Assembly: GCA_963720755.1 (NCBI GenBank)
Contig: CAVRGP010000011.1
Span: 864,001 to 928,000, forward strand
Origin: an uncultured Chloroflexia bacterium
GTDB lineage: Bacteria; Chloroflexota; Limnocylindria; Limnocylindrales; CSP1-4
Direction of reading: 5' to 3'
Length of the DNA: 64,000 nucleotides
In this document: piece by piece, positions 39,663 to 50,689 of the stretch
Position numbering within the stretch: position 1 is the first letter of the stretch
Layout: every line of letters begins with the position of its first letter
Position numbers and translations under genes: made by a program
The notes under the pieces: generated by a model
Databases searched by the model: none
Seen by the model: the letters and a program-made list of their open reading frames with translations, nothing else
Told to the model about the DNA's origin: nothing

Positions 39663-40453
39663 CGATACCCGGCCCTGGTGGGCCCCGAGGGTCGGCTGGT
39701 CCGGGTCTCCGCTATTCCCGGGTCCTCCTGAAACTGTCGGGTGAGGCTCTCCTGGGCGATCGTCAGTACGGCGTCGACCCCGCGTTTTGCGCATTCATCG
39801 CCGGCCAGGTCGCGGAGATCCACGGCCTCGGGGTACAGGTCGGGATCGTCGTCGGCGGCGGCAACATCTTTCGAGGTCTCGCGGCATCCGCGCGAGGGAT
39901 GGACCGAGCGACCGGCGACTACATCGGCATGCTCGCGACCGTGATGAACGGCTTGGCCCTCCAGGACGCGCTCGAGCGAGCCGGCGTTCCGACCCGGGTC
40001 ATGACCGCGATCGCGATGAACGAAGTCGCCGAGCCGTACATCCGTCGGCGGGCGATCCGGCATCTCGAGAAGGGGCGGGTGGCCCTGTTCGTGGCCGGCA
40101 CGGGCAACCCATATTTCACGACGGATACGGCTGCCGCGTTGCGAGCCGTCGAGATCAACGCCGAGGTGCTGCTCAAGGCAACCAAGGTGGATGGCGTCTA
40201 CGACAAAGACCCCATGGCGCACGCCGATGCACAGCGCTACGCTCAACTCGGTTACACGGACCTCCTGCGCGACCAGCTCAAGGTGCTCGATGCGACCGCC
40301 GTGAGTCTGTGCATGGAGAACGACTTGCCGATCGTCGTCTTCGACCTGAATCGCCCCGACAACATCACCCGTGTGGCTGCCGGCGAGCCGGTCGGCACCC
40401 TCATCTCGGGTGCTCCGACCGGACCAGATGCCACCGACCCGGGAGGTGCCTAG
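39659..40453 (+). CDS. pyrH: UMP kinase
   Basis: [17 protein letters not shown] and FTTDTAA motifs; TTGA overlap with tsf. Confidence 0.97.
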   Translation: MTIPGPGGPRGSAGPGLRYSRVLLKLSGEALLGDRQYGVDPAFCAFIAGQVAEIHGLGVQVGIVVGGGNIFRGLAASARGMDRATGDYIGMLATVMNGLALQDALERAGVPTRVMTAIAMNEVAEPYIRRRAIRHLEKGRVALFVAGTGNPYFTTDTAAALRAVEINAEVLLKATKVDGVYDKDPMAHADAQRYAQLGYTDLLRDQLKVLDATAVSLCMENDLPIVVFDLNRPDNITRVAAGEPVGTLISGAPTGPDATDPGGA

Positions 40454-40454
40454 C

Positions 40455-41012
40455 ATGAGCAGCCAGACGATCATCGACGCGGATCACAAGATGGCCCGCG
40501 CCGTGGAAGCCATGGAGCGCGACTTCCAGGGCATTCGGACCGGCCGTGCGTCGACCACGCTGGTCGAGCGCATCCACGTGGATTATTACGGCACGTCGAC
40601 ACCGTTGAATCAGCTGGCGGGTATCAACGTCCCCGAACCCCATCAGATCGTCATCCAGCCCTGGGACCGCGGGGTGCTCGGGGCGATCGAGAAGGCGATC
40701 ACCAAGAGCGACCTTGGGCTGATGCCCACCGTGGATGGCACGGTGGTCCGGCTGAATATCCCGCCGTTGACCGAAGAGCGTCGCAAGGATCTCGTCCGGG
40801 TCGTCCACAAAAGGATGGAAGAGGCGAGGGTCGAGATCCGCAACACCCGGCGAGATGCCGCCGACGCGATCAAGAAAGAGGAGCGCGACGGCACGGTCGG
40901 GGCCGACGAGTCCCATCGCGACCTGGACGCGCTCCAGAAGACGACCGATCGCCACATCGCGGACGTGGACCGAGTCGGGGCGGGTAAGGAGCAGGAGGTC
41001 CTCGAGGTCTAG
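40455..41012 (+). CDS. frr: Ribosome recycling factor
   Basis: IRTGRA and PPLTEERRKDL motifs. Confidence 0.97.
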   Translation: MSSQTIIDADHKMARAVEAMERDFQGIRTGRASTTLVERIHVDYYGTSTPLNQLAGINVPEPHQIVIQPWDRGVLGAIEKAITKSDLGLMPTVDGTVVRLNIPPLTEERRKDLVRVVHKRMEEARVEIRNTRRDAADAIKKEERDGTVGADESHRDLDALQKTTDRHIADVDRVGAGKEQEVLEV

Positions 41013-41797
41013 TGGCGCGAGCCCACCTGGCGAGGCCGATCGACGCACAGCAGCCTGAGCCACCGTCGCGGTCGGACGCACCCACGATCCTCAGTCCCGG
41101 GGACCTGCCGCCCGAAGAGCTGCCCCGCCATGTGGCGATCATCATGGACGGAAACCGCCGCTGGGCCAGATCCCGGGATCTTCCCGAACTGGAGGGGCAT
41201 GCCGCCGGCGTCGAGGCGATCCGCGAACTGCTCCGCCACGCCGTTCGCCGGGGCGTTCCGGTATTGACGCTCTATGCGTTCAGCCGTGAGAACTGGGCCC
41301 GTCCGGACGATGAAGTGACCGGCCTGTTCGGGCTCCTCGAGGCCGCCATCCGCAGTGAGACGGACGAGCTCCGTGCGAATGGCGTGCGGGTCCGGTTGCT
41401 CGGACGGCTCGACGAGCTGCCGGAAGCGACTCGAGCATCCATCGCCGACGCCATCGACGCGACCGCAGGCGGGCAACGGTTGGTGCTGAACATCGCCTTC
41501 AATTACGGCGGGCGAACGGAGATCATCGACGCCTGTCGTCGGCTCATCGAGAGCGGCATCGCCCCCGCAGCGATCGACGAATCGGCCTTCAGCGAGGTCC
41601 TGTACACGGCTGGTCTGCCGGATCCGGACCTGGTCATCCGGACGGGCGGCGAACAGCGGCTCTCCAACTTCCTCATCTGGCAGGCGGCCTACGCCGAGTT
41701 CTACACGAGCGATGCGCTGTGGCCAGACTTCGACCCAGCTGCGTTCGATGCGGCCCTGCTCGAGTTCGCCCGGCGCCAACGGCGTTTCGGACGCTGA
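41012..41797 (+). CDS. uppS: Polyprenyl diphosphate synthase
   Basis: HVAIIMDGNRRWA, FSRENW and RTGGEQRLSNF motifs. Confidence 0.97.
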   Translation: MARAHLARPIDAQQPEPPSRSDAPTILSPGDLPPEELPRHVAIIMDGNRRWARSRDLPELEGHAAGVEAIRELLRHAVRRGVPVLTLYAFSRENWARPDDEVTGLFGLLEAAIRSETDELRANGVRVRLLGRLDELPEATRASIADAIDATAGGQRLVLNIAFNYGGRTEIIDACRRLIESGIAPAAIDESAFSEVLYTAGLPDPDLVIRTGGEQRLSNFLIWQAAYAEFYTSDALWPDFDPAAFDAALLEFARRQRRFGR

Positions 41798-41817
41798 CGG
41801 CGAACGGGAGGGCGACC

Positions 41818-42645
41818 ATGCGCGAGCGGGCGATCAGCGCTGCTGTCCTGGTACCGGTCTTGCTGGTCGTGCTCGCCCTTGGCGGTTTCGTCCTGGCCGC
41901 GGCCGTGGCGCTGATCACGATCTTCGCGGCGATCGAAGTCTTCCGGCTGCTCAAGGCAGCTGGGTACCTCGCGTTCGCGTCGCTCGGCACCGTGCTGGCG
42001 CTGTTCGTGGTCCTCGATGCCGCCTTCCCGCAGGTCCTCGAAGGGAGCGGCCTGCTCCTGGTGGCGATCGGGATCATCCTAGCCGCGGTGGCGTCGTTCA
42101 CCAGGGTCGACCCGCGTGATTCGCTCCAGACGTGGATGGCCACGGTCTTTGGCGCCCTCTACGTCTCGCTGCTGTCGTTCATCATCCGCCTCGGCCAGAC
42201 GGCACCCGACGTGCCCGCCGGGTCGCCGCTCGAGATCGTCGGGGCCGAACGCGGCTGGATCCTCCTCCTCGTCCTGGCGGTGTGGTCCTACGACACCGGG
42301 GCCTTCCTCGTCGGCAAGAACTTCGGACGGACGAAGTTCCTGACCCATATCTCGCCATCGAAGACGCTTGAAGGCCTCGCCGGGGGAGTCGTCGCGACGA
42401 CGCTGGTGGTGGCATTGCTCCTGTGGGGTCTCGGTCAGGTTCCGGTCCACGCGCTCATCCTCGGGCCGCTGACCGCGCTTGCGGCGCAGGCGGGCGATCT
42501 CGCCGAATCGGTCATCAAGCGAGCCGCCGGAGCGAAGGATTCCGGGACCCTGATCCCCGGCCATGGCGGGATGCTCGATCGGGTCGATTCGTTCATCTTC
42601 GCGGCCCCGGTCGTGACCCTGTATGTCATCGCCTTCATCCGCTGA
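41818..42645 (+). CDS. cdsA: Phosphatidate cytidylyltransferase
   Basis: SPSKTLEG and KDSGTLIPGHGGMLDRVDS motifs. Confidence 0.96.
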   Translation: MRERAISAAVLVPVLLVVLALGGFVLAAAVALITIFAAIEVFRLLKAAGYLAFASLGTVLALFVVLDAAFPQVLEGSGLLLVAIGIILAAVASFTRVDPRDSLQTWMATVFGALYVSLLSFIIRLGQTAPDVPAGSPLEIVGAERGWILLLVLAVWSYDTGAFLVGKNFGRTKFLTHISPSKTLEGLAGGVVATTLVVALLLWGLGQVPVHALILGPLTALAAQAGDLAESVIKRAAGAKDSGTLIPGHGGMLDRVDSFIFAAPVVTLYVIAFIR

Positions 42646-43876
42646 GCGGCGGGACCCAGGGGAGCGCCGCCCACATCGGGTCGCGTTGCTTGGCTCGACC
42701 GGCTCCATCGGGCGTCAGACCGTCGACGTCCTGGCGGCGCACCCGGACGCGTTCGAGGTCGTCGCCCTGGCGGCCGGATCGAATGCGGCACTCCTCGCCA
42801 GCCAGGCCGCTCGGTTTCGACCCCTGATGGTTGCCCTGGCGGACCCCGGGGCCAGGGCGGGACTCGATCTGCCGACCGGCACGGCACTCGTCGGTGGTGC
42901 GGATGCCCTTGAGGTCCTGGCGACCCGTGATGACGTCGATCTGGTCATCGTCGCGACGGGCGGCGTCGTCAGTCTCCGGCCGGTGCTGGCTGCGTTGCGG
43001 GCGGGCAAGGTCGTCGCCACCGCAAACAAGGAGACGCTGGTCGCGGGCGGCCACCTTGTGATGCCGCTGGCTCGGGCGCTCGCGGCCCGGGTGCGCGATG
43101 CGGGGCCCGCGGATCCGTACGAGAGCCCCCTCGCCTGGCTCCGGCCGATCGATTCCGAACATTCGGCGATCTGGCAATGCCTGGTCGGCGAGTCGAGCAC
43201 CAGCGTCGCGGGCCTGATCCTGACCGCATCGGGCGGCCCGTTCCTCGACTTCGAGTCGGCTCGACTCGCCGTGGTCACACCCGAACAAGCCCTGCGCCAT
43301 CCGACCTGGACGATGGGCGCCAAGATCACGGTCGACTCGGCCACCCTGGCCAACAAGGGCCTGGAAGTCATCGAGGCACACTGGCTGTACGATGTCGATT
43401 ACGACGACATCGAGGTCGTTATCCATCCTCAGAGCGTCATCCATTCGGCCGTTCGGTTCGTCGATGGATCGCTCAAGGCCCAGCTGGGCACTCCTGACAT
43501 GAGGCTCCCGATCCAGTACGCCTTGACTTACCCAGACCGACGGCCCTCACCGGCTGCACCACCGGACCTCGTCGCCACCGGGCGACTCGAGTTCGAGGCG
43601 CCCGATGTGGAGAGATTCCCGGCGCTCCGGATCGCTCGGGAGGCGGGCCGGCTCGGACCTCATGCGTCGGCGGCCCTGATCGCCGCGGATGAGATCGCCG
43701 TGAGCCGCTTCCTCGAGGGGTCGCTGGGCTTCTCGGAGATCCCGGCGCTCCTCGAATCCGCCGTCATCCGCTTCGGCACCACCGACCGTCCAGATCCGGA
43801 CGTCGAGGCCCTGGTCGTCCTCGACCGGGCCGTTCGCGAGACATTCGCCAAGACCCGCTTCGGAGTATCAGCGTGA
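42623..43876 (+). CDS. dxr: 1-deoxy-D-xylulose-5-phosphate reductoisomerase
   Basis: LGSTGSIG, ANKE, PIDSEH and HPTWTMG motifs. Confidence 0.97.
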   Translation: MSSPSSAERRDPGERRPHRVALLGSTGSIGRQTVDVLAAHPDAFEVVALAAGSNAALLASQAARFRPLMVALADPGARAGLDLPTGTALVGGADALEVLATRDDVDLVIVATGGVVSLRPVLAALRAGKVVATANKETLVAGGHLVMPLARALAARVRDAGPADPYESPLAWLRPIDSEHSAIWQCLVGESSTSVAGLILTASGGPFLDFESARLAVVTPEQALRHPTWTMGAKITVDSATLANKGLEVIEAHWLYDVDYDDIEVVIHPQSVIHSAVRFVDGSLKAQLGTPDMRLPIQYALTYPDRRPSPAAPPDLVATGRLEFEAPDVERFPALRIAREAGRLGPHASAALIAADEIAVSRFLEGSLGFSEIPALLESAVIRFGTTDRPDPDVEALVVLDRAVRETFAKTRFGVSA

Positions 43877-44976
43877 CCGGTGTTATCCAATCGGCGATCA
43901 CGATCGTCCTGTTCATCCTGATCCTGGGTGGGCTCGTGCTCATCCACGAATTGGGGCACTTCATCACGGCACGCCGGATGAACGTGCGGGTGCTCGAGTT
44001 CGGGATCGGCTTCCCGCCGCGCGCCAAGGTCCTCCGTTCGAAGGGCGAGACCGTCTACACCCTGAACTGGCTGCCGATCGGCGGCTTCGTCAAGCTCGAG
44101 GGCGAGGACGGCGACGATGCGGACGATCCGCGATCGTTTTCACACCAGGGGCTGGCCAGGAAACTGCTGATCCTGGTGGCTGGCGTCGCCATGAACATCC
44201 TGCTCGCATTCGTGATCTTCACGGGCATCGCCTGGCTGGCCTCGCCACTCGTCGGGGTCAAGTTCTTCGAAGTCCAGCCTGATTCGCCGGCGGCGGCCGC
44301 CGGCCTCCAGCCCGGCGACGCGATCATCGCCGTCGATGGGGACCGATACCAGTTCATCACGGGGTCGAATGCCCTGACCGGGCTTCGGGACCGGGCCGGC
44401 CAATCGATCGACCTGACGATCGCAACCGTGGACGGCGAGCGCAAGGATGTGACCGTCGTGCTCCGGTCGGAGTCGGAGATCGATGCCGAGCACGGCGCCC
44501 TCGGTATCTCGGGCGTGGACCGACCGTTCGAAGGCTATTTCTACGGCGAGTACACGACCAACGATCTGCCTACGGCCATCGGTATCGGCGTCGAGCAGAC
44601 GACCCACTGGATGGGCCTGATCGTGGGCGGCCTGGGCAGTCTCGTGACATCCGTCGTGTCGGACCCGACCGCGCCACCGCCGGTCTCGGGTCCGGTTGGG
44701 ATCGCGACTCAGATCGGCGACATCTTCTGGAACAGCGGACCGATCATGACCCTGTATGTCGCGGGCATCCTGTCGGCCAATCTGGCAGTCGTCAATATCC
44801 TGCCGTTCCCTCCGCTCGACGGCGGTCGGATGCTGATGATCACGCTCAAGCGCATCTTCGGATCGCGGATCAGCCTGCGGGCGGAGCAGCTGACGTATGT
44901 GGTCGGATTCGTCTTCCTGTTCGCGTTCATCATCTGGGTGACCGGGTTCGACATCATCCGAAGCCTGGGCGGATGA
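43873..44976 (+). CDS. rseP: M50 site-2 protease with a PDZ domain
   Basis: HELGH, PDZ and [11 protein letters not shown] motifs. Confidence 0.95.
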   Translation: MTGVIQSAITIVLFILILGGLVLIHELGHFITARRMNVRVLEFGIGFPPRAKVLRSKGETVYTLNWLPIGGFVKLEGEDGDDADDPRSFSHQGLARKLLILVAGVAMNILLAFVIFTGIAWLASPLVGVKFFEVQPDSPAAAAGLQPGDAIIAVDGDRYQFITGSNALTGLRDRAGQSIDLTIATVDGERKDVTVVLRSESEIDAEHGALGISGVDRPFEGYFYGEYTTNDLPTAIGIGVEQTTHWMGLIVGGLGSLVTSVVSDPTAPPPVSGPVGIATQIGDIFWNSGPIMTLYVAGILSANLAVVNILPFPPLDGGRMLMITLKRIFGSRISLRAEQLTYVVGFVFLFAFIIWVTGFDIIRSLGG

Positions 44977-44998
44977 CCGGGCGGATGGATTCGCCTCG

Positions 44999-46267
44999 AT
45001 GACCGCACCGGATCTGCTCCGTCCGAGACGGCGCCCAACGGTCAGCGTGGATGTGGGCGGGGTCCTGATCGGCTCGGCCCACCCCGTCGTCGTCCAGTCG
45101 ATGACGAATACCGACACCGCGGACGCTGACGCGACGGCGATCCAGGTCGCTCGATTGGCCCATGCCGGGTCGCAGCTCGTCCGGGTCACGGTCAACTCGG
45201 ACGCGGCGGCAGCGGCGGTCCCGGAAATGGTTCGGAAGGTGCGGGGCCTCGGCGTCGACGTCCCGATCGTCGGCGATTTCCACTACAACGGGCACAAGTT
45301 GCTGCACGATCATCCAGCCGCCGCGGCGGCGCTGGCGAAGTACCGGATCAACCCCGGCAATGTCGGTGCAAAACGACACGACGAGCATTTCGCGACGATC
45401 GTCAGGATCGCCATCGATCTCGACAAGCCCATCCGGATCGGCGTCAACTGGGGATCCCTGGATCAGGCGATCCTGACCGAGCTGATGGACGTCAACGCGA
45501 ATGCCGCGGAGCCACGCGACGCGCGGGACGTGATGATCGAGGCGATGCTCCAATCGGCGATGCGGTCTGCGGAGCTGGCCGAGGCGACCGGGATGCGTCA
45601 CGACCGGATCATCCTGTCGGCCAAGGTGTCCGGGGTCCGAGATCTGATCGACGTCTACCGCCTGCTAGCCGCCCGAAGCGACTACCCGCTCCATCTCGGC
45701 CTGACCGAGGCGGGGATGGGCGATCGCGGGATCGTCGCCTCGACCGCCGGGCTCGCCGTCCTGCTCAACGAGGGGATCGGTGACACGATCCGCGTGTCGC
45801 TGACGCCCGAACCCGGAGCGCCCCGTGAACGTGAGGTGGAGGTAGCCCAGCAGGTCCTCCAGTCGATGGGCCTGCGTTCGTTCCTGCCGCAGGTGTCGGC
45901 CTGCCCGGGATGCGGCCGCACGACGTCAACGTTCTTCCAGGAGATGGCCCAGCAGATCCAGGCATATCTGAAGGATCAGATGCCGGTCTGGCGCCAGACC
46001 CATCCCGGTGCCGAGTCACTCCGTGTGGCGGTGATGGGCTGCGTCGTGAACGGTCCGGGTGAGAGCAAGCATGCGGATATCGGGATCTCGCTGCCCGGCA
46101 CCTTCGAGGAGCCCGTCGCGCCCGTCTTCATCGATGGGCGGCTGGACCGGACCCTTCGCGGTGATGGTCTGGTGGCGGAGTTCATCGACATCCTCGAGGC
46201 GTATGTCGCCGACCGGTTCCCGACACCGGCGCCGTCGACCCCGATCGGAAGCAGGGCGTCCGCGTAG
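44999..46267 (+). CDS. ispG: HMBPP synthase (flavodoxin-dependent)
   Basis: QSMTNT, RINPGN, CPGCGR and GCVVNGPGE motifs. Confidence 0.97.
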   Translation: MTAPDLLRPRRRPTVSVDVGGVLIGSAHPVVVQSMTNTDTADADATAIQVARLAHAGSQLVRVTVNSDAAAAAVPEMVRKVRGLGVDVPIVGDFHYNGHKLLHDHPAAAAALAKYRINPGNVGAKRHDEHFATIVRIAIDLDKPIRIGVNWGSLDQAILTELMDVNANAAEPRDARDVMIEAMLQSAMRSAELAEATGMRHDRIILSAKVSGVRDLIDVYRLLAARSDYPLHLGLTEAGMGDRGIVASTAGLAVLLNEGIGDTIRVSLTPEPGAPREREVEVAQQVLQSMGLRSFLPQVSACPGCGRTTSTFFQEMAQQIQAYLKDQMPVWRQTHPGAESLRVAVMGCVVNGPGESKHADIGISLPGTFEEPVAPVFIDGRLDRTLRGDGLVAEFIDILEAYVADRFPTPAPSTPIGSRASA

Positions 46268-46330
46268 GTCGCTCTCGACCCGTGGGTGGGACCTGGGGTC
46301 GGGCAGCCCGGCCGTCCACGCTCCCGGGTG

Positions 46331-46390
46331 TATACTTCGGCGCAACTGAACGGCCGCTCCGGGACGTGGGTGACCCCCACGTCTCTTTTT
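46331..46390 (+). promoter_or_regulatory. nusA operon promoter (TATACT) followed by a leader terminator (rimP-leader-like attenuator)
   Basis: TATACT at 46331-46336; 10-bp stem GGGACGTGGG/CCCACGTCTC at 46361-46385 followed by TTTTT. Confidence 0.75.
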
Positions 46391-46432
46391 GAGTGGCGCA
46401 CGACGAAACACGCACAGCGAACGGAGGCCATC

Positions 46433-47917
46433 GTGAGTCGAGACTTCGTGGGTGCCCTCCTGCAGCTCAACGCCGAGAAGCAGATCTCGCGCGAGCAACT
46501 GATCGGAGCCGTCGAGGACGGGATCCAGTCGGCGTATCGGCGGGTAGCCGGGGACGAAGATATCCATGTCCGGATCGATGGCGAGACGGGCAAGATCCGG
46601 GTATTCCGTGCCCGCCGCGTCGTCGCCGAGATCGAGGATGAAGCCACCGAGATCACACTCGCGCAGGCGCAGGGACACGAACCCAACGCCGAGATCGGCG
46701 ACCTTGTCGAGACCGAGCAGCTCGACGGCGATGTCTTCGGCCGGATCGGGGCGCAGACCGCGAAGCAGATCGTCCTGCAGCGGATCCGCGAGGTCGAGCG
46801 CGACCAGGTCTTCGACCAGTTCGCGAGTCGCGAGGGCGAGCTCATGAACGGCACGGTCAATCGGGTCGAGCCGCGGGCGATCATCCTGGACGTCGGCAAG
46901 AACGTCGAGGCCATCCTGGCCACAACGGAGCAGTCGACCCTCGAGCACTACCGGATCGGCCAGAACGTCAAGGCGTACGTACTCGAAGTGCGGCGCTCGA
47001 CGAGAGGCCCGCAGATCTTCGTCAGTCGCAGCCATAAGGGCTTCCTGAAGCGCCTGTTCGAACTCGAGGTGCCCGAGATCAGCGCCGGCACCGTCGAGAT
47101 CAAGGCCATCGCGCGCGAAGCCGGGAGCCGCTCGAAAGTGGCCGTCGCTTCGCGACAGGAAGGGCTCGATCCCGTCGGGGCGACCGTCGGGCAACGTGGT
47201 GCCCGTGTCCAGGCGGTGGTCGCGGAGCTCGCGGGCGAAAAGATCGATGTGATCCCGTGGAGCGACGACGCCGGCGTGTTCGTGGCCAATGCTCTCAGTC
47301 CGGCCCAGGTCCTGGGGGTGGACATCGACGAGGAGCACCGCATCGCCAGCGTGACCGTGCCGGAGCGGATGCTCTCCCTGGCGATCGGACGCGAGGGCCA
47401 GAACGCTCGACTCGCCGCCCGGTTGTCGGGCTGGCGGATCGACATCCGGAGCGATGTGTCGGTCGCCGAAGCGAAGGCGGCCGCCGATGCAGTCGAGGAG
47501 GCGGCACCGGTCGCCGCGGTCGAGCCGCCGTCCATGCCAGACCCGGCTGGGTCGACGCCGGGACTGGACGCGCTCGCCGAGGATGCGCCGGAGGTCCCGG
47601 CCGCCAAGAAGGCCGCCGCGAAGACCAAGGCCACGGCCAAGATCCCAACGAAGACCGCAACGACGGCTACTGCCAAGGCCACCACCAAGGCCGCGGCAAA
47701 GAAGGCCCCCATGGCCAAGAAGGCCCCCGCAGCCAAGGTGACCGCGGCCACGGACGTCCCCGAAACGAAGAAGGCGACGGCCAGCAAGCGCTCCACGACC
47801 GCCAAGGTCGCGCCGGTCGATGAGCCGTCGACCGCCGACACGCCGGCCGCCGCGAAGCCGAAGCGAGTCGCCAAGAAGGTGGTACCGGCCGCCGTCACCG
47901 AGGAGGTGGCGTCGTAG
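46433..47917 (+). CDS. nusA: Transcription termination factor NusA with a Lys/Ala-rich tail
   Basis: FGRIGAQTAKQ, AREAGSRSK and AIGREGQN motifs; GGAGG ahead of the GTG at 46433. Confidence 0.97.
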   Translation: MSRDFVGALLQLNAEKQISREQLIGAVEDGIQSAYRRVAGDEDIHVRIDGETGKIRVFRARRVVAEIEDEATEITLAQAQGHEPNAEIGDLVETEQLDGDVFGRIGAQTAKQIVLQRIREVERDQVFDQFASREGELMNGTVNRVEPRAIILDVGKNVEAILATTEQSTLEHYRIGQNVKAYVLEVRRSTRGPQIFVSRSHKGFLKRLFELEVPEISAGTVEIKAIAREAGSRSKVAVASRQEGLDPVGATVGQRGARVQAVVAELAGEKIDVIPWSDDAGVFVANALSPAQVLGVDIDEEHRIASVTVPERMLSLAIGREGQNARLAARLSGWRIDIRSDVSVAEAKAAADAVEEAAPVAAVEPPSMPDPAGSTPGLDALAEDAPEVPAAKKAAAKTKATAKIPTKTATTATAKATTKAAAKKAPMAKKAPAAKVTAATDVPETKKATASKRSTTAKVAPVDEPSTADTPAAAKPKRVAKKVVPAAVTEEVAS

Positions 47918-48237
47918 CCGGCGCGAGCCGACTCGCCGCGCGGCGGGTCCCCGATCGAACCTGCGTCGCCTGCCGGACGGTCCGACAGAAGCGTGATCTG
48001 CTGCGCGTCGTTCGGACGCCAGCCGGGGAGGTCGTCGCCGACGAGACCGGCCGGGCGAACGGCCGCGGCGCGTATATCTGTCGGACGACGGACTGTCTCG
48101 ACCGAGCGATCAAGAAGGGCGCCCTCAGCCGGGCGCTGAAATCTCCACTTCCGGCCGACCTGCGTGAGCAGCTCGTCGGGAGCCTGGAGTCCGAGATGAC
48201 ATCGACCATCGAAGGAGGGGCCCATGGCCAGGAGTAG
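47914..48237 (+). CDS. ylxR: YlxR/RnpM (DUF448) nucleic-acid-binding protein; no canonical start, probable GTA
   Basis: Manual translation: RRVPDRTCVACR..KRDLLRVVR..GRGAYIC..C..A.KKGALSRAL; nusA-ylxR-infB synteny; absent from the ORF track. Confidence 0.9.
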   Translation, partial: VAGASRLAARRVPDRTCVACRTVRQKRDLLRVVRTPAGEVVADETGRANGRGAYICRTTDCLDRAIKKGALSRALKSPLPADLREQLVGSLESEMTSTIEGGAHGQE

Positions 48238-50119
48238 GAGCGGCACCCGCGGCCGACGCGGACCCCGCAAGCCGCCGCGTCGAGACAGCGCGTTCAGTGG
48301 AGCTGGCGTCCAGACGCTCGATCCGCGCGAGCGTGGTCCGATCGAGCTGCCCGGTACGATCACCGTCAAGGAGCTGGGCGAACTCCTCGGGGTCAATCCG
48401 GCCGACATCATCCGCGAGCTGATCAAGAGCGGGATCTTCGCGACCATCAACCAGCTGATCGACCGCGATACCGCTTCACTGGTGGCCGGGGAACTTGGCT
48501 ACGAAGTGGCCGAGACCGAGCCGGCGGGCAGTGGCGACGAGGTCGAGGTCGAGGTCGGTGAGGCGACCAAGGAAGTCCTGTTCGAAGAGGACGATCCTTC
48601 CCTCCTGCAGCCGCGGGCACCGATCGTGACCGTCATGGGTCACGTGGACCACGGCAAGACGAGCCTGCTCGACGCGATCCGGACGACCGAGGTCGCGTCC
48701 GGCGAACGTGGCGGGATCACCCAGCACATCGGGGCCAGCGAGGTCGTCCACGACGGCAAGCGCGTGGTCTTCCTCGACACGCCGGGTCACGAGGCGTTCA
48801 CGGCGATGCGCGCACGTGGCGCCAAGGTCACGGACATCGCGATCGTGGTCGTGGCGGCCGACGACGGGGTCATGCCCCAGACGCTCGAGGCGATCAGCCA
48901 CGCCAAGGCCGCCAAGGTGCCGATCATCATCGCCCTAAACAAGATCGACAAGCCGGATGCGAACGCCGATCGGGTCAAGACCGAATTGACCGAAGCCGGG
49001 ATCGTGGTCGAGGAATACGGCGGCGACGTGCCGCTCGTCCCGGTGTCCGCCAAGACGCGGATCGGGCTCGAAGAACTGATCGAGATGATCCTGCTGGTGG
49101 CCGATCTCCAGGAGCTCAAGGCCAACCCGAAACGATCGGCCATCGGCACGATCGTCGAGGCCAAGCTGGACAAGGGCAGAGGCCCCGTGGCCACGGCGCT
49201 GGTCCAGACCGGGACCTTGAAGGTCGGCGACATCATCGTGGTCGGTGAGACCTTCGGTCGCGTCCGGGCCCTGGAGAACGACCAGGGCAAGCGAGTCACC
49301 AAGGCCGGACCGTCGACCGCGGTCGTCATCCTTGGCCTGTCCGACGTCCCGCAGGCCGGCGACATCCTCCGCGTCGTCGGCGACGAGAAGGCCGCCCGCA
49401 CCATGGTCGAGACCCGCAAGTCCGCGTCCGCGGCCAAGAGCGGCGAAGCCAGCCGGGCGACCCTCGAGGACCTGTACAGCCAGATCCAGGCGGGTCAGGC
49501 ACGCGAATTGCGGGTCATCCTCAAGTCAGACGTGTCGGGCTCGCTGGGTGCGATCACCCACGCCCTCGAACAGCTCGACCAGGACGAGATCCGCCTCAAT
49601 GTCCTGCTCGAGGGGGCAGGGGACATCACCGACAACGACATCATGCTGGCGGCTGCTTCGAACGCGATCGTCATCGGCTTCAACACCAAGATCACCGAGA
49701 CCGCTCGTCGCGCGGCCGAGTCCGAGGGTGTCGATGTCAGGCTCTACGACATCATCTACAAGCTGACCGACGACGTGGAGGCCGCGCTCAAGGGCCTCCT
49801 CGAGCCCGAGATCGTGGAAGTCGTCGAAGGCCGAGCCGAGGTCCGACAGGTCATCCGGGTCGGGAAGAACACGGTCATCGCCGGCTCGTTCGTGACCGAC
49901 GGCCGGATCGTCCGCGGCGGCAACGCCCGGGTGTGGCGTAGTTCCAAGGTCATCGCCACCGACCGGATCGAGTCGCTTCGGCGCTTCCGCGATGACGTGC
50001 GTGAGGTGCAGACGAACTACGAATGCGGGATCGGGCTGGCCGCCTTCCACGACATCGTCGAAGGTGACGTGATCGAGTGTTTCACCTCGCAGACCGTCAG
50101 CCGGGTTTCGGCGAACTAG
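48224..50119 (+). CDS. infB: Translation initiation factor IF-2 (short form)
   Basis: [13 protein letters not shown] and NKID motifs. Confidence 0.98.
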   Translation: MARSRSGTRGRRGPRKPPRRDSAFSGAGVQTLDPRERGPIELPGTITVKELGELLGVNPADIIRELIKSGIFATINQLIDRDTASLVAGELGYEVAETEPAGSGDEVEVEVGEATKEVLFEEDDPSLLQPRAPIVTVMGHVDHGKTSLLDAIRTTEVASGERGGITQHIGASEVVHDGKRVVFLDTPGHEAFTAMRARGAKVTDIAIVVVAADDGVMPQTLEAISHAKAAKVPIIIALNKIDKPDANADRVKTELTEAGIVVEEYGGDVPLVPVSAKTRIGLEELIEMILLVADLQELKANPKRSAIGTIVEAKLDKGRGPVATALVQTGTLKVGDIIVVGETFGRVRALENDQGKRVTKAGPSTAVVILGLSDVPQAGDILRVVGDEKAARTMVETRKSASAAKSGEASRATLEDLYSQIQAGQARELRVILKSDVSGSLGAITHALEQLDQDEIRLNVLLEGAGDITDNDIMLAAASNAIVIGFNTKITETARRAAESEGVDVRLYDIIYKLTDDVEAALKGLLEPEIVEVVEGRAEVRQVIRVGKNTVIAGSFVTDGRIVRGGNARVWRSSKVIATDRIESLRRFRDDVREVQTNYECGIGLAAFHDIVEGDVIECFTSQTVSRVSAN

Positions 50120-50149
50120 GGTGACACGTCCGGTCACGGACGGGCAGGG

Positions 50150-50689
50150 TTGGCAGTGAGCCAGCGAACCGAGCGCGTCGACGAATTGCTGCGCCAGGAG
50201 ATCGGGTCGATCCTGACCCGGGATGTGGCCGATCCTCGGATCGGATTCGCGACGATCACGTCCGTGGAGACGACCACGGACCTGCGGCACGCCAAGATCT
50301 GGGTGTCGGTCATCGGGCAGCCGGCCGAACGCGATTCGGCCGTCGCGGCGTTGCGCCATGCGATGCCGTATGTCCGTCATGAGTTGGGGAAGCGGCTACG
50401 CCTGAAGCGGATCCCGGATCTCCACGTTCACGTCGATGACACCGCGGAACGTGGGACACGCATCCTCCAGCTCCTGGCCGAGATCGAGGTGGGCTCCGTG
50501 CCGAGCGCGGACGTGCCGATCGTGGAGTCACTGCCGACACCGGTGGATCGGCTCCACCAGCCCGACGATCTGGCCGAAGAACCACCGTCGGCCGTCCGAC
50601 CGCCCGTGTCGTCGTCGAGACCTCGCCGGAAGCGGCCCGACCAGCATTCCGGAAAGGCCCACGGGGCGCATCGCAAGGCGTCGAGATGA
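50150..50689 (+). CDS. rbfA: Ribosome-binding factor A with a C-terminal extension
   Basis: RTERVDELLRQEI, DLRHAKI and LKRIPDL; start TTG at 50150 or GTG at 50156. Confidence 0.94.
   Translation: MAVSQRTERVDELLRQEIGSILTRDVADPRIGFATITSVETTTDLRHAKIWVSVIGQPAERDSAVAALRHAMPYVRHELGKRLRLKRIPDLHVHVDDTAERGTRILQLLAEIEVGSVPSADVPIVESLPTPVDRLHQPDDLAEEPPSAVRPPVSSSRPRRKRPDQHSGKAHGAHRKASR

Noticed and set aside
47906-47908. GTG after the Shine-Dalgarno as the ylxR start
   Set aside because: It is in the nusA frame and reaches TAG after three codons.
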